From a virus, in IMG/VR virus record IMGVR_UViG_3300009152_000030, positions 1 through 64,000 of that record: a stretch of DNA of 64,000 nt, one strand, 5' to 3'. The notes beneath the pieces were generated by a model. The model saw only the letters and a program-made list of their open reading frames with translations, did no database searches and was not told where the DNA came from. Below are positions 30,110-39,610 of the stretch, piece by piece (within the stretch, counting starts at the first letter, position 1; the number at the start of each line of letters is the position of its first letter). The translations under genes and the position numbers were made by a program.

Positions 30110-30392
30110 TGTCATCTTCCTCTTCTGCATCTAGATCTAGATCGGCAAAATCTTCTAGAACAAGAATAGGCTTGCTAAGAGCATCTCTCATTTGATTAAG
30201 TACTTTTTCAAGTTCATCAAGAGATTCAGCGCTTGTAAAAGGCTCACAGTAAGTAGAAACTAATCTATTTCTATATTGGACTTCTACGATGCGAAAGTCC
30301 TCATAAACAGACCCTTCGATCTCACTGGTAGTCTTCAAAACTCTATGGTTCCAAGTAAAGCTGTAATCCACATCATCTTCATAATCAGTCAT
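30102..30392 (-). CDS. Hypothetical protein
   Basis: WNHRV...EVQY pattern; acidic tail. Confidence 0.65.
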   Translation of the reverse strand: MTDYEDDVDYSFTWNHRVLKTTSEIEGSVYEDFRIVEVQYRNRLVSTYCEPFTSAESLDELEKVLNQMRDALSKPILVLEDFADLDLDAEEEDDNA

Positions 30393-30460
30393 CTAAATTC
30401 CTATAAAGTAGTATTGCTGTGTACGTAAATAATCCAATCATAAATAAACAGAGTAAAACA

Positions 30461-30931
30461 TTACTCAACATCTGGCTCGTCTTGCTCTTCATCTTCCTCA
30501 TAGTCAAGCTCTACAAGCTTATTCCCAGTACGTGCAATATGCTCATCACTGTGAGTCTTGCACATGGTCATCCACCATCCTTTGTAGGAACCGCAGTGTC
30601 CAGGCTCACCACAGACGTCACAAGTCTTAGCGCTAAGAGCTCTTGCTTCTGAGATAAACTTATCAACAGTAGGTTGACTATAGTCTAGATAAAAGCACAA
30701 ACTTCCAAACTTTTCTTTAACCTGAACAGCCTCAATAGTGTACTTAGGATACGTAAGCTTAGTCTCATCAACATGAGCCTTAATCTTTGCACAAAGATCA
30801 TCAATCAACTGATACCAACCATCACCAGTATCAATGCCCCAGCACATACATGTCTGGCTCATTGGAAGATGCCGCTGGCAAAAGATATCAGGATATTTCT
30901 TATAAAGTTCGTCTTGTAGTTCTTGTTTCAT
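30461..30931 (-). CDS. Phage hypothetical protein with Zn finger
   Basis: GDGWY, QVKEKFGSL, TCDVCG..C..H. Confidence 0.75.
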   Translation of the reverse strand: MKQELQDELYKKYPDIFCQRHLPMSQTCMCWGIDTGDGWYQLIDDLCAKIKAHVDETKLTYPKYTIEAVQVKEKFGSLCFYLDYSQPTVDKFISEARALSAKTCDVCGEPGHCGSYKGWWMTMCKTHSDEHIARTGNKLVELDYEEDEEQDEPDVE

Positions 30932-31072
30932 TAGTCATCCTGTTCTGTAAAAAGATAATCGTCTTCAACATACCAAGACTCTTCATCTTCCAAGTATTCA
31001 GCAGAAGACTGAGATGACTCGTCAGCCAGTCTATTAAGCTCATCAATAGCAAGGTCTTTCATTCTTCCCATG

Positions 31073-31471
31073 TTACCACCAACAGATATAGTAAACTTTC
31101 TTTCCAAGAATAACTTCTACACAAGCCTTAGAAACGGCTTCAAGATCATATGCAAGTCTATCTAGATTAGATGCATTAGCAGTATGAAAAGGCCCAGTAG
31201 CAACTGGTAAACTTTGGGCAATCAAATCATCAAAAAGTTCTTGCAGATCCTCTAGATCTAAATAAACTTTTTCAACATTAAATGCACTAATGTCAAAATA
31301 GTCGTCGCCAAACTTAATTGTACGAGTAGTTTCTTCTGGCATATACTTAGTAAGCCATAGCCTTTCGAACCAAGCATTAAGATCGCCATGTTTGCGCCAA
31401 GTTGCAATCTCATCATCGTTTGCTTCAGGATTGTCAAGATTTTCAATCCTAAGATACATATCAAGTCCCAT
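31073..31471 (-). CDS. Phage hypothetical protein (MGLDMY-type)
   Basis: MGLDMY...WRK...YYICWW; GAGGTG SD. Confidence 0.7.
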   Translation of the reverse strand: MGLDMYLRIENLDNPEANDDEIATWRKHGDLNAWFERLWLTKYMPEETTRTIKFGDDYFDISAFNVEKVYLDLEDLQELFDDLIAQSLPVATGPFHTANASNLDRLAYDLEAVSKACVEVILGKKVYYICWW

Positions 31472-31819
31472 ATTGTCACCTCTTATTAAGTGTTACTTAA
31501 TAGGTAAAAATATTATTTAAACTGCAAAATTAGATTATGAGTTGTTGCGTAATCAGCAAGTTCTTGACCATCATTAAACTGTTTAAACTTAGATAAATCG
31601 GGACCAAAAAGTATATACTGTTTAATCCCATCTTTCATAAAAGTATAGACAACACAATGATTCATCTCTGTTACGTTATGCCATTGAGACATTACTTCTC
31701 AGGTTCTTGAGGCTTTACCTCTTTAAACTTATCAAGAGAATTCGTTGAATTCATCTTAGAAATAAGAATAATCTCTTGAATCTTTTGTTTAACTCTATCA
31801 AGACCAGTCATAGTTTTCC

Positions 31820-32080
31820 TTAATCAATATAATTTCTAAAATTAGAATCAATAATTAATGTTTTCCCAAGCTTAGTAAGAACTCCATCTTTCCAAGCAAT
31901 TAAATTATCCATACGTTCTCTAACTTCTTGTTCTGAAAGATCAGAAGTATCTTCACCTTCTTCACTGTCATCAGTTAGATAGATAATTCCATTGCCTTTT
32001 GAAATTGCAATAGCATCAAGAATATCGCTAGACTCAACAACCTCACAGGTCTTGTTCCTAGTGTTAGCATACACGTACAT
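31820..32080 (-). CDS. Hypothetical protein
   Basis: ORF with AAGGAG SD. Confidence 0.6.
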   Translation of the reverse strand: MYVYANTRNKTCEVVESSDILDAIAISKGNGIIYLTDDSEEGEDTSDLSEQEVRERMDNLIAWKDGVLTKLGKTLIIDSNFRNYID

Positions 32081-32143
32081 ATATTATCTCCTTATTATTA
32101 ATTACAAATAATAACTAATAATAAGAAATAATCAAAAAGTACC

Positions 32144-32719
32144 TTAAATTAATAAAAAGATCTTCTTATAAATTCGAGAGTCTTCTATGTACTCTTGATC
32201 TTTATAATAGGATCCTGTGTCTCTATCTTGTATTTGTTGTTGAACAGCTTTTGCTACTTCATTTTTAAATAAACTTGCAAAACCAAGAATCAATCCACCA
32301 AAAAGTAAACCAATTATTGTTCTAACTATAGTTCTATTTAGCCATTCGCGATTTTCTGAGTCTTTTTTCTCTTTCTCTGTGCGAATATCCGCTTTTACTC
32401 GTTCGATCTCTTTAGCTATACGGTCATTCTGATCAATAGTAAATCGAGTAAGTAATTTCTCATTTTCAGTTCTGTTTAGCTCTATAGTCTTATTAATTGC
32501 TTCTATTTGCTGGCGCTGAAGCTCAGCAAGCGAATCTAAGTCTTTTTCTACGTCCCTGAGACGCATATTTATTCCAGGATTTCCGTCATAAGATCCAAGG
32601 ACTATTGTCTTTAGATCATCGATTGCTTTATCATGTTTCTCATGACTTTTCTTTAAATCATCAAGCTTAGTGTTGATGGAGTCAAGTAAAGAATTAGGGC
32701 AATCGGTTGAGTTTGACAT
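32144..32719 (-). CDS. Coiled-coil protein with C-terminal TM helix
   Basis: Heptad-rich body followed by IIGLLFGGLILGFASLF. Confidence 0.65.
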   Translation of the reverse strand: MSNSTDCPNSLLDSINTKLDDLKKSHEKHDKAIDDLKTIVLGSYDGNPGINMRLRDVEKDLDSLAELQRQQIEAINKTIELNRTENEKLLTRFTIDQNDRIAKEIERVKADIRTEKEKKDSENREWLNRTIVRTIIGLLFGGLILGFASLFKNEVAKAVQQQIQDRDTGSYYKDQEYIEDSRIYKKIFLLI

Positions 32720-33045
32720 CGGAGAATCCTCTATAAATAAATAGTATTGTTAGAACATTTTCACCACCTGTATAGAGGGAACTAGATAGTTATGTCTACC
32801 CCTAAATCATAGTGTAATTATACTAGACTTTACAGTATCTTATACTTTTGATGTATTTTTCAGAATTAAAAAACCCTAGGTTCTACGCGGTATTTTAAGA
32901 TCTCTATTTCACCACTTAAGGGCAAAATAAAAATACTTAAAATTAGCATAAAACCTAAGGTTTTCTTTCTTTTAGCCTAAATTGGCAAACAAATTAAAAT
33001 AAAAGCAACGATTATAAAGAAGATGAAAGGTGCTTCAATTTCCAT

Positions 33046-33267
33046 TTAGTATCCAGCACGAGTTACGCTTGCAATTTCGTAATGATCTTTATCATAAAGA
33101 CGCCAAGCGCTCCAATCATCTCCAGGATCACTAAAAGAACTATGAACTAGATGAAATGTTTCAGCTTTCTGAAGTGCAATTTCATCAAAGTTCAATTCGG
33201 CGCGTTCACTCTTAAGATACTCACGAATATTCTTATTACCAGTAACAGTAGCTCCAATGTAGGACAT
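33046..33267 (-). CDS. Hypothetical protein
   Basis: ORF with AGGAG SD. Confidence 0.6.
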   Translation of the reverse strand: MSYIGATVTGNKNIREYLKSERAELNFDEIALQKAETFHLVHSSFSDPGDDWSAWRLYDKDHYEIASVTRAGY

Positions 33268-33280
33268 TTAGTTCTCCTAT

Positions 33281-34681
33281 TTAGTAGGGTGCATCAATCA
33301 TTTCGTAACCATATGCAGGAATAGCAAATTTAACTTTCTTTGGGGCAGGAGCAGGATATTCCAACTTAGCCTTCTTAATCTCAGCGTTGAGATAAGAAAA
33401 GAAGCTCTTACTAGCTGGAGTTTTCTTATTGTTCCGGTCAAAGCACTGAACAATTTGACCATTAGTCATGCTGACCATAGCACAGAGATTTCCCTTACGG
33501 AAAAACATATGGCTTCTATCATCATAGTAGCTACCAATACAGTGTGCACATTCTTGGCCCGCAATTCTCATCTCATTAGAGGTCTTGATCCGGATCGTCT
33601 CAAGATGTTCCGGCAAAGTAAGAGTAGGCATATCACGGTCAGGAACATTAACATCATACTTAAGCAGTGCAAGACGATTCTGTTCCGCCGCAATTCTATG
33701 ATTATTAACACTTGCATTGATCATTTCAAGAATACTCATATTCTCGTAATCAATAGCACTAAGACGCTCATCTCTAGCTCGAAGACCAGGAAGGCCCATA
33801 CGATAACCATCCTTGATAAACTTGTCTACAGCCTCTGGGAGACCAGTACCAACATTAACAGGATGAAGATCCTTCATAGCCTTTACCCAGCCATCAAGAA
33901 TCTTAACATCGTTAACTTTGCTCATCTTTGTATAAAGAGTAGCTTGATTCTTATCAATATCAGCAATCAACTTAGGAATAGTATCGCCACTCATACTCTC
34001 AGTCCGATTAATAGGAATCAACTGGATATACTCTGCAGCAAGACCAGAATGGAACCAACTAAGCCGCCGATTACTAAAGGTACGGTACTTGTAAGCTTGA
34101 ACAAATTCTGCATTAATAGGATGGTTCTGAATCAAGGACAAAATATCCTTAGAATTATCAGACCCAACAGGCCAGACTTTAAGAGAATGCCAAGCCTTCA
34201 AAGTTCTAATAGACTGAGGAATCTTATTAAGAACCGCCCGCCTATCAGTATACTTCAAAGACGAGTATCCAACATTAAAAGCCTGCTTTACAGTAAACTT
34301 TTCCCAAGGGGTACGGGCATTATAAAGATCCTTAAGAGCCCAAGTAAGATCAACAAGATCATTAGACTGGCCAGACCATGTTCTGTTACCATCAATCATC
34401 TCAGTAGTCTGATGACAAGCAGAGATAGTACTGATAGCAGCATCAAGCTTATCTTGCATATCCTTATGCCAGTAAGCAAGGCCGGCAACCAAGTTAATAA
34501 TAGTCTTGTGCCGAGACATCATAGGCTTAATATAGTGCCACTTACTACTTGTCTTAAAAGCCCCACTCTTACTTTTTCTACTGTAGTGCCGCGGCATATT
34601 CCTTATCTTGATATCAAGACGCTCAATCATATTAGTCCACAAGTAGTGCTTATCCTCAACAAACGCATTAAAGTCATACAT
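33281..34681 (-). CDS. PcfJ-like domain protein
   Basis: C-terminal EMRIAGQECAHCIGSY...IVQC..RNN. Confidence 0.65.
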   Translation of the reverse strand: MYDFNAFVEDKHYLWTNMIERLDIKIRNMPRHYSRKSKSGAFKTSSKWHYIKPMMSRHKTIINLVAGLAYWHKDMQDKLDAAISTISACHQTTEMIDGNRTWSGQSNDLVDLTWALKDLYNARTPWEKFTVKQAFNVGYSSLKYTDRRAVLNKIPQSIRTLKAWHSLKVWPVGSDNSKDILSLIQNHPINAEFVQAYKYRTFSNRRLSWFHSGLAAEYIQLIPINRTESMSGDTIPKLIADIDKNQATLYTKMSKVNDVKILDGWVKAMKDLHPVNVGTGLPEAVDKFIKDGYRMGLPGLRARDERLSAIDYENMSILEMINASVNNHRIAAEQNRLALLKYDVNVPDRDMPTLTLPEHLETIRIKTSNEMRIAGQECAHCIGSYYDDRSHMFFRKGNLCAMVSMTNGQIVQCFDRNNKKTPASKSFFSYLNAEIKKAKLEYPAPAPKKVKFAIPAYGYEMIDAPY

Positions 34682-35047
34682 CTAGTAAACCTCTACATGA
34701 TTAAAGAGAAGATCTTAATAGGAGAGAGAAGACTTAAAAAAATCAAAAGGCATGTCATACTCTGCATCGTACCTGCATGATACCCTGCAAACACTGCATA
34801 ATACCTACCCCGCTTCTCCAATAAGTATATATCTTTTATATATCCCTATATAGGCTCGCGGGTAACTCCGGCCTCTTTTGACCCTTTTAAGTTTAAACTC
34901 TTTTTACTCGTTATATACCCCTATAGGGCAAAACCTGCCAAAGTAATCTCCGGCCTCTTTTTTGTCAGTATCCGTGTTGCAGGAATCCCGCAGGAGCTCA
35001 ACACCCTTGAGACCCTAAAGTCTCTCAGGTGTTGGCCCCCACGAAGA

Positions 35048-35413
35048 TTAGACGGTAGCGCTGGTCCTGGAGCTATTGCCCTTTGCCTTGCGCTTCTTCT
35101 GGCTAAGTGCCTCTAGCCTTGCCTGAAGCTCCATCTCTTCTCGTTCTGCATTGATAGCATCCAACTTGCGCTGGTACTCTCGCTGAGACTTAGACATCTT
35201 GTTTGGCTCTTGCTTTGCTTTTGAGTTGACCTGATCAACCTTATTGTTCAGCGAAGCCTGTGCCTTCTTTGCGAAGGGGAACAGGATGCCGCCGATAAGG
35301 GCAGGAATCAAAAGGAATGCAGTAGCGAAGAGACCCCAGAGGGCTCCAGCCATACCTGCACTTGCAGCCTTAGCACCAAGTGTTACTGCTTGTTCTCCAC
35401 CAAGATCAGCCAT
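35048..35413 (-). CDS. Membrane protein with coiled-coil basic tail
   Basis: TM segment; GGAGG SD. Confidence 0.65.
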   Translation of the reverse strand: MADLGGEQAVTLGAKAASAGMAGALWGLFATAFLLIPALIGGILFPFAKKAQASLNNKVDQVNSKAKQEPNKMSKSQREYQRKLDAINAEREEMELQARLEALSQKKRKAKGNSSRTSATV

Positions 35414-35415
35414 GA

Positions 35416-35742
35416 TTAACCCTCCACACGACGAAAGGCACCCGCATTGGGCGCGTGAATCTGAATTGAGCGGTAACCAGGATGAATTGGCTTGCCGTCA
35501 GCACCCTTGTTGTGGCGCTTGAGAAATACAGGAAGATTCTGGAAGCTCAGGCTAAAGCCATCGGCACCAATCTCTCCTGGGGCCCAGACCTCTGCGTCTG
35601 CACCTGCTTCGGATCCATTCATGATCTTGCATCGGGTAACCACAAAACTTCCACGCTCAGTAGTAACTCGAGCCGTGACAGGTCCAGCGGTGTTGCCGAT
35701 CTTGATTGTCCCACTACACGTAAACGGAATCTTCATTCTCAC
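35416..35742 (-). CDS. Hypothetical protein
   Basis: ORF with GAGGTG SD. Confidence 0.6.
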   Translation of the reverse strand: MRMKIPFTCSGTIKIGNTAGPVTARVTTERGSFVVTRCKIMNGSEAGADAEVWAPGEIGADGFSLSFQNLPVFLKRHNKGADGKPIHPGYRSIQIHAPNAGAFRRVEG

Positions 35743-35788
35743 ACCTCTTTTTGTTGGCTCTGAAATAGAGCGTTAATGTTTTTAACAG

Positions 35789-35863
35789 TGTGCCCGACTG
35801 GACTTGAACCAGTGACCTACGGCTTAGAAGGCCGTTGCAACTATCCAACTGTGCTACGGGCAC
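35789..35863 (-). tRNA. tRNA-Arg(UCU)
   Basis: Cloverleaf GTGCCCG/CGGGCAC; ACGGC-CTTCTAA-GCCGT. Confidence 0.93.
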
Positions 35864-35891
35864 GCAGCCTAGGTTTTACCCTAGTAGTTGG

Positions 35892-36281
35892 TTAGAACGG
35901 ATCAATGTCCGTTACAGTTTCGATGACAGGCTCTGACGACTCTGCCTTCTTAGGGGCCTCACCGTACCGAACTACATCAGCGATGATCTCCGTGATCCAC
36001 CGACGCTCACCTGCTTCGGTCTTGTACTCACGAGTTTCACTGCGACCATCGATTTCTACCTGATGACCTTTACCGAGATACTTTGCAGCATTCTCGGCAT
36101 TGGTGCCAAAGACAACGACGCGATGGTATGAAGGCTTGGAGACCTTCTCACCCTTGGCATTTGTGTACCGATAGTTGGTACAGACGTTGAGAACCGCGCG
36201 CGACTGCGACGATTCGGAGCTCGTAAGCTCGGGATTCTTGGTAAGACGACCACGGACTCTAGACTCATTAAGATCTTGCAT
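35892..36281 (-). CDS. ssb: Single-stranded DNA-binding protein
   Basis: LN..GRLTKNPEL, HRVVVFG..AEN..KYLGKG, TEIIA, and a bacterial SSB-like DIDPF tail. Confidence 0.92.
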   Translation of the reverse strand: MQDLNESRVRGRLTKNPELTSSESSQSRAVLNVCTNYRYTNAKGEKVSKPSYHRVVVFGTNAENAAKYLGKGHQVEIDGRSETREYKTEAGERRWITEIIADVVRYGEAPKKAESSEPVIETVTDIDPF

Positions 36282-36347
36282 ATCTATCTCCTTTCCGTTT
36301 TTCTACGGACAATTGGTTACTAATATTAGTAAATTTCACACAAGAAA

Positions 36348-36361
36348 GGGGCGATAGCCCC
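36348..36361. repeat. Conserved hairpin GGGGC-GATA-GCCCC, copy 1 of 4
   Basis: Identical 14-mer at 36348, 36900, 39869 and 40556. Confidence 0.85.
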
Positions 36362-36755
36362 TCTAGCGGCTACACAGGGCCCATGCTGCAACTACTGGCC
36401 AAAACATGCTGGCACAGAAATACAGGATTGTATACCAGACAGGAACTACAATGCTTGCAGTTCCATTGGCATGGCTCATACTAAAAGACGCACTGCTCAT
36501 CAGAATGTTTCGCATTGGTTCTCCTTCTCTTGGTTATCCAGAATAGTTCTGGCTGCTTTCATAAGTGTATTGATACGCTCAGAACCCCATGTCAGTTCAA
36601 GTCTTGCAACTAGATAACTGATGTTGTCTGCGTCTCTATAGTCAACATTGAACAGATTCGGGTCAGGGTTATACACAGGATCTCCTAATTGAGGAATTTG
36701 ATCAACCAGACTAACTTAAACATCAAACCTAATAGGAACAATAGGAATCGTACTT

Positions 36756-36866
36756 CTACCACAGAAACATATCTAATACTGTTAGCATCTTGCTAAAGTC
36801 AAGCATTAGAAGTTTTGTTGTAAGTAGAAGCAGCATCACAAAGATAAACGTATTTTTGTCGGCCAC
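36756..36866 (-). CDS. Small hydrophobic peptide (36 aa, not in ORF track)
   Basis: AAGGAGG SD + GTG; MADKNTFIFVMLLLLTTKLLMLDFSKMLTVLDMFLW. Confidence 0.5.
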   Translation of the reverse strand: MADKNTFIFVMLLLLTTKLLMLDFSKMLTVLDMFLW

Positions 36867-36899
36867 TTTTCCTCCTTGGAATTGGTTCCAAACAAAGAA

Positions 36900-36913
36900 G
36901 GGGCGATAGCCCC
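36900..36913. repeat. Conserved hairpin GGGGC-GATA-GCCCC, copy 2 of 4
   Basis: Identical 14-mer preceded by AAAGAA. Confidence 0.85.
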
Positions 36914-37435
36914 CTCTGGTTTTATAAAGGTTGGGGCCCCTCCCGTTCTATCTCTAGAGGAGAGGGGCCTTTGCGTTCCAGGTTAACCTAGACGTACCAC
37001 CTAGTTATTTTTTGAACTAGGACAGTTGCCCATGATCCAGTGAACCAGATCTGGCAGGACTGTTATGGGAGCCCACCCCCAGCCTATTTGAAGAGTGGCT
37101 GGTCTCTTATTGGGGGTCTAACGCGTTTTTCCCAATTTCTTCTCTCCAGTCGAACTTCCGAGTTTCCTCGATCTCGTTCTGCTTACGCTTATCGCCATGG
37201 TTGGCGTTATGCATATTCTGGAGCTGATAACTCTTGACTTCTTTCTTGTCGAATCTGAAGCTCTTGCTCATTATATCCTACTTACCGATACTGATGGTCC
37301 AACGACCACCAAGGTTGTTTGCGAGAACTACTCCACGGTCCATTGCCGTATCAATATTGTTATACTTCTCATTGATAACAATACCCTTGTTTACGACAAA
37401 CACTCTAAGATTGATATGCTTCATTAGTTTTCTCG

Positions 37436-37891
37436 TTACAGTTTGTGGAGGTAAGTCTCATACTGTTGATTGATGTACCACTCAAAGTTGCGGTCATCAT
37501 CGCCGAGTCCTTGGCGGGAACTTTCGAATTCTCCCATAAGGCGATCCTCATTGGCATCCCACCAGGTTTCCTCAACTACTTTGTTGAGGTATCTGTTCAG
37601 GATCTCTTTGCCGACCTTTGACAGGTCCCTAGAGGTCCATTCACCAAGACCTGTTTCCAGGAATCTACGGTGACCTGTGGCCCACTCCCACATCTGCATG
37701 CAGTTGAAGTAGTTGTCCACGACCACTTTGTAGACTCTCCAATACTCCTGTTGGTCTTTGTAATGCCATCCAGCCGTATCTTTCTCTTCTCGCAAGTCGT
37801 AGTTGACCTTGTTCTCCTCAAGTTTGGGATTGAGGATAGCAAGCACCTTATCCATGTCCTGAACCGTTTCCATTGCAAACTGCTTTTCCAT
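37436..37891 (-). CDS. Hypothetical protein
   Basis: ORF with GAGGT SD. Confidence 0.7.
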   Translation of the reverse strand: MEKQFAMETVQDMDKVLAILNPKLEENKVNYDLREEKDTAGWHYKDQQEYWRVYKVVVDNYFNCMQMWEWATGHRRFLETGLGEWTSRDLSKVGKEILNRYLNKVVEETWWDANEDRLMGEFESSRQGLGDDDRNFEWYINQQYETYLHKL

Positions 37892-38048
37892 GACAAACCT
37901 CTATATAAGGGGGTAAAAGTCTTCCTGACAGGATTCGAACCCATCTATTACCATAAGGAAGTGATGCAGCCTTTGTGGCTACCAGACATGACATCTGATA
38001 GGTTAGCCTACCGACAGGCAGGTTGCAGACTGTTGACCTATTGGACTA

Positions 38049-38630
38049 CTAGGACGAGACAGAGTTGCCCAGTTCCACCAGGAGATTGTTGAACTCCTCG
38101 ATGGGGCAGTCGGCGTCCTCAATCTTTGTCAGGAGGCTCTTGTGTCCCCAGAAAAGATTGATGAGGCCGTCCATGTCAGCCTTGACGTTCTTGACCGTGA
38201 AGTCAAAGTGCTTCGTCAAGGTGGGGATTGCGGCGTAGAAAGCATACGTCCCTCCAAACCGCTCCGAGTACACTTCCATTGTCGGGATGTGGTACAGGGT
38301 CTCGTTGATCTCCAGAGAGTCACGGAGGCGGATCCTATTGATCTTCGCGCTGACCCACTCCGAGACATATCCGTTTTCGGGATTGGGGAGGCCAATCGTG
38401 AAATTGACCTCGAACCCCTTGTGCGCATCATGGAACATCCCGTGCTCCACAATGTAGTACCCTTCCCCCTCAGCATTGTTGCCCCTGACGGCAGCGCTGA
38501 TCGTGGGGCCGCTGAACTCCGTGAGAGACACAGAGTAGGTGGTGTCGTACCCGAGATGGTTCATCCTCTTGGCGACCTCGGTCGCGAAAAGGATAACGGC
38601 TTCAAAGTCAAAGATCATCTGTTTTTTCAT
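38049..38630 (-). CDS. Hypothetical protein
   Basis: AGGTGA SD before MKKQMIF. Confidence 0.7.
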   Translation of the reverse strand: MKKQMIFDFEAVILFATEVAKRMNHLGYDTTYSVSLTEFSGPTISAAVRGNNAEGEGYYIVEHGMFHDAHKGFEVNFTIGLPNPENGYVSEWVSAKINRIRLRDSLEINETLYHIPTMEVYSERFGGTYAFYAAIPTLTKHFDFTVKNVKADMDGLINLFWGHKSLLTKIEDADCPIEEFNNLLVELGNSVSS

Positions 38631-38788
38631 CTTGTCACCTGTTGGTGGGTGTGGGTAGTGCCTCTGTGCTTGATTGCACAGTCTTTGTGTTGAACTCTCC
38701 AAGTTCCGATGTGACGCTCAAAGTGTCCTTCTTTAGCAGGAACGGTTTTGCCACACCGATAGCAGGTTCCGGGATACTGGTTCCTCAT
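38627..38788 (-). CDS. Small Zn-finger protein
   Basis: MRNQYPGTCYRCG...H..C; GGAG SD. Confidence 0.65.
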   Translation of the reverse strand: MRNQYPGTCYRCGKTVPAKEGHFERHIGTWRVQHKDCAIKHRGTTHTHQQVTR

Positions 38789-39000
38789 GAGTTCTCCGAA
38801 TTTTGGATGATAATGTCCTCTTGGAAGAACTCGGCAAAGTGTCTTGCTCCGTGGAACTTCTTGTAGGAGCACACCATGTAACCTGGCTCTTTTCTGAACC
38901 AGAACCCGCACTTCCGAATGCGCTTTTGGATCCGACGCGCTGCAGCTAAGTTAGGGGTTGTATGAAGATAGACGTGAAAGTCAAGGCTTACATGATACAT
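38785..39000 (-). CDS. Hypothetical protein
   Basis: AAGGAGG SD. Confidence 0.65.
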   Translation of the reverse strand: MYHVSLDFHVYLHTTPNLAAARRIQKRIRKCGFWFRKEPGYMVCSYKKFHGARHFAEFFQEDIIIQNSENS

Positions 39001-39020
39001 CTTGTCCTCCTTTAGGACGG

Positions 39021-39107
39021 TGGTAATTCAATCATATGGGAATCGAACCTATAACTATGTACTAGAACCGCAACTGCGGCATACATAGCGTCACCAGACT
39101 GATCAAA
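39021..39107 (-). ncRNA. tRNA-like element without a canonical anticodon arm
   Basis: Acceptor-like TTTGATCA/TGATTGAA, D-like GTC-TGGT-GAC, long stem GCTATGTA/TACATAGT, T arm GG-TTCGATT-CC, then TTACCA. Confidence 0.55.
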
Positions 39108-39125
39108 GGCCCGCTGCAGCAGACC

Positions 39126-39490
39126 ACCCATGTCTTTACCTCGGCACTAGTGGCAGGGCTCCACTAGCGACAAAGCCCATGTCTATCTCGTCACTAGTAG
39201 CAGGGCTCTACTAGTAACCACCTCATGTTCATCTTCTCCATTAGTGGCAGGGGTCCACTAACAGCCAGCCCATCGCTATAACCAGGTTTGCAACCCTGAC
39301 TACCTCTAGGTTCCCAATAAGTGGCAGGCTCACCTATGGTTTTTCTAGAGGATTTGAAGCCCATGTTTATCTCGTTACTAGCGGCAGGGCTCCAACTAGT
39401 AACCAGCCTTTTTATATAGCCAGGGTTACAACCCTAACTCTCACTAGGTTCCCATAAGCGGCAGGCGCACTTATGATTGTACTAGTAAAC
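39126..39490 (-). ncRNA. Tandem array of six structured RNA units (hairpin with conserved CCUG loop, putative pseudoknot)
   Basis: Four ~46-nt A units and two ~85-nt B units; compensatory stem changes; G-U pairs only in the minus-strand reading. Confidence 0.7.
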
Positions 39491-39610
39491 TCTCAAAGGA
39501 TGACGTCTTGCAGTACGAACAATAGGGTTTACATCCCCTATTATTCGCAATGTAACCTGCGTGACGCCGTAAACTTGTGAGCATTTTAGAGACCTACTCA
39601 GGTCTGAGGA

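Noticed and set aside
39126-39490. CRISPR array
   Set aside because: No invariant repeats with unique constant-length spacers; units vary by compensatory stem changes; no cas genes in the window
39126-39490. Known ribozyme or riboswitch (hammerhead, HDV/theta, pistol, twister, SAM/SAH) or a minigene array
   Set aside because: Core consensus motifs are not matched by eye (only a loose CCUG-loop resemblance to SAM/SAH); the GAG..AUG sites open inconsistent frames and lengths. An Rfam search is still needed
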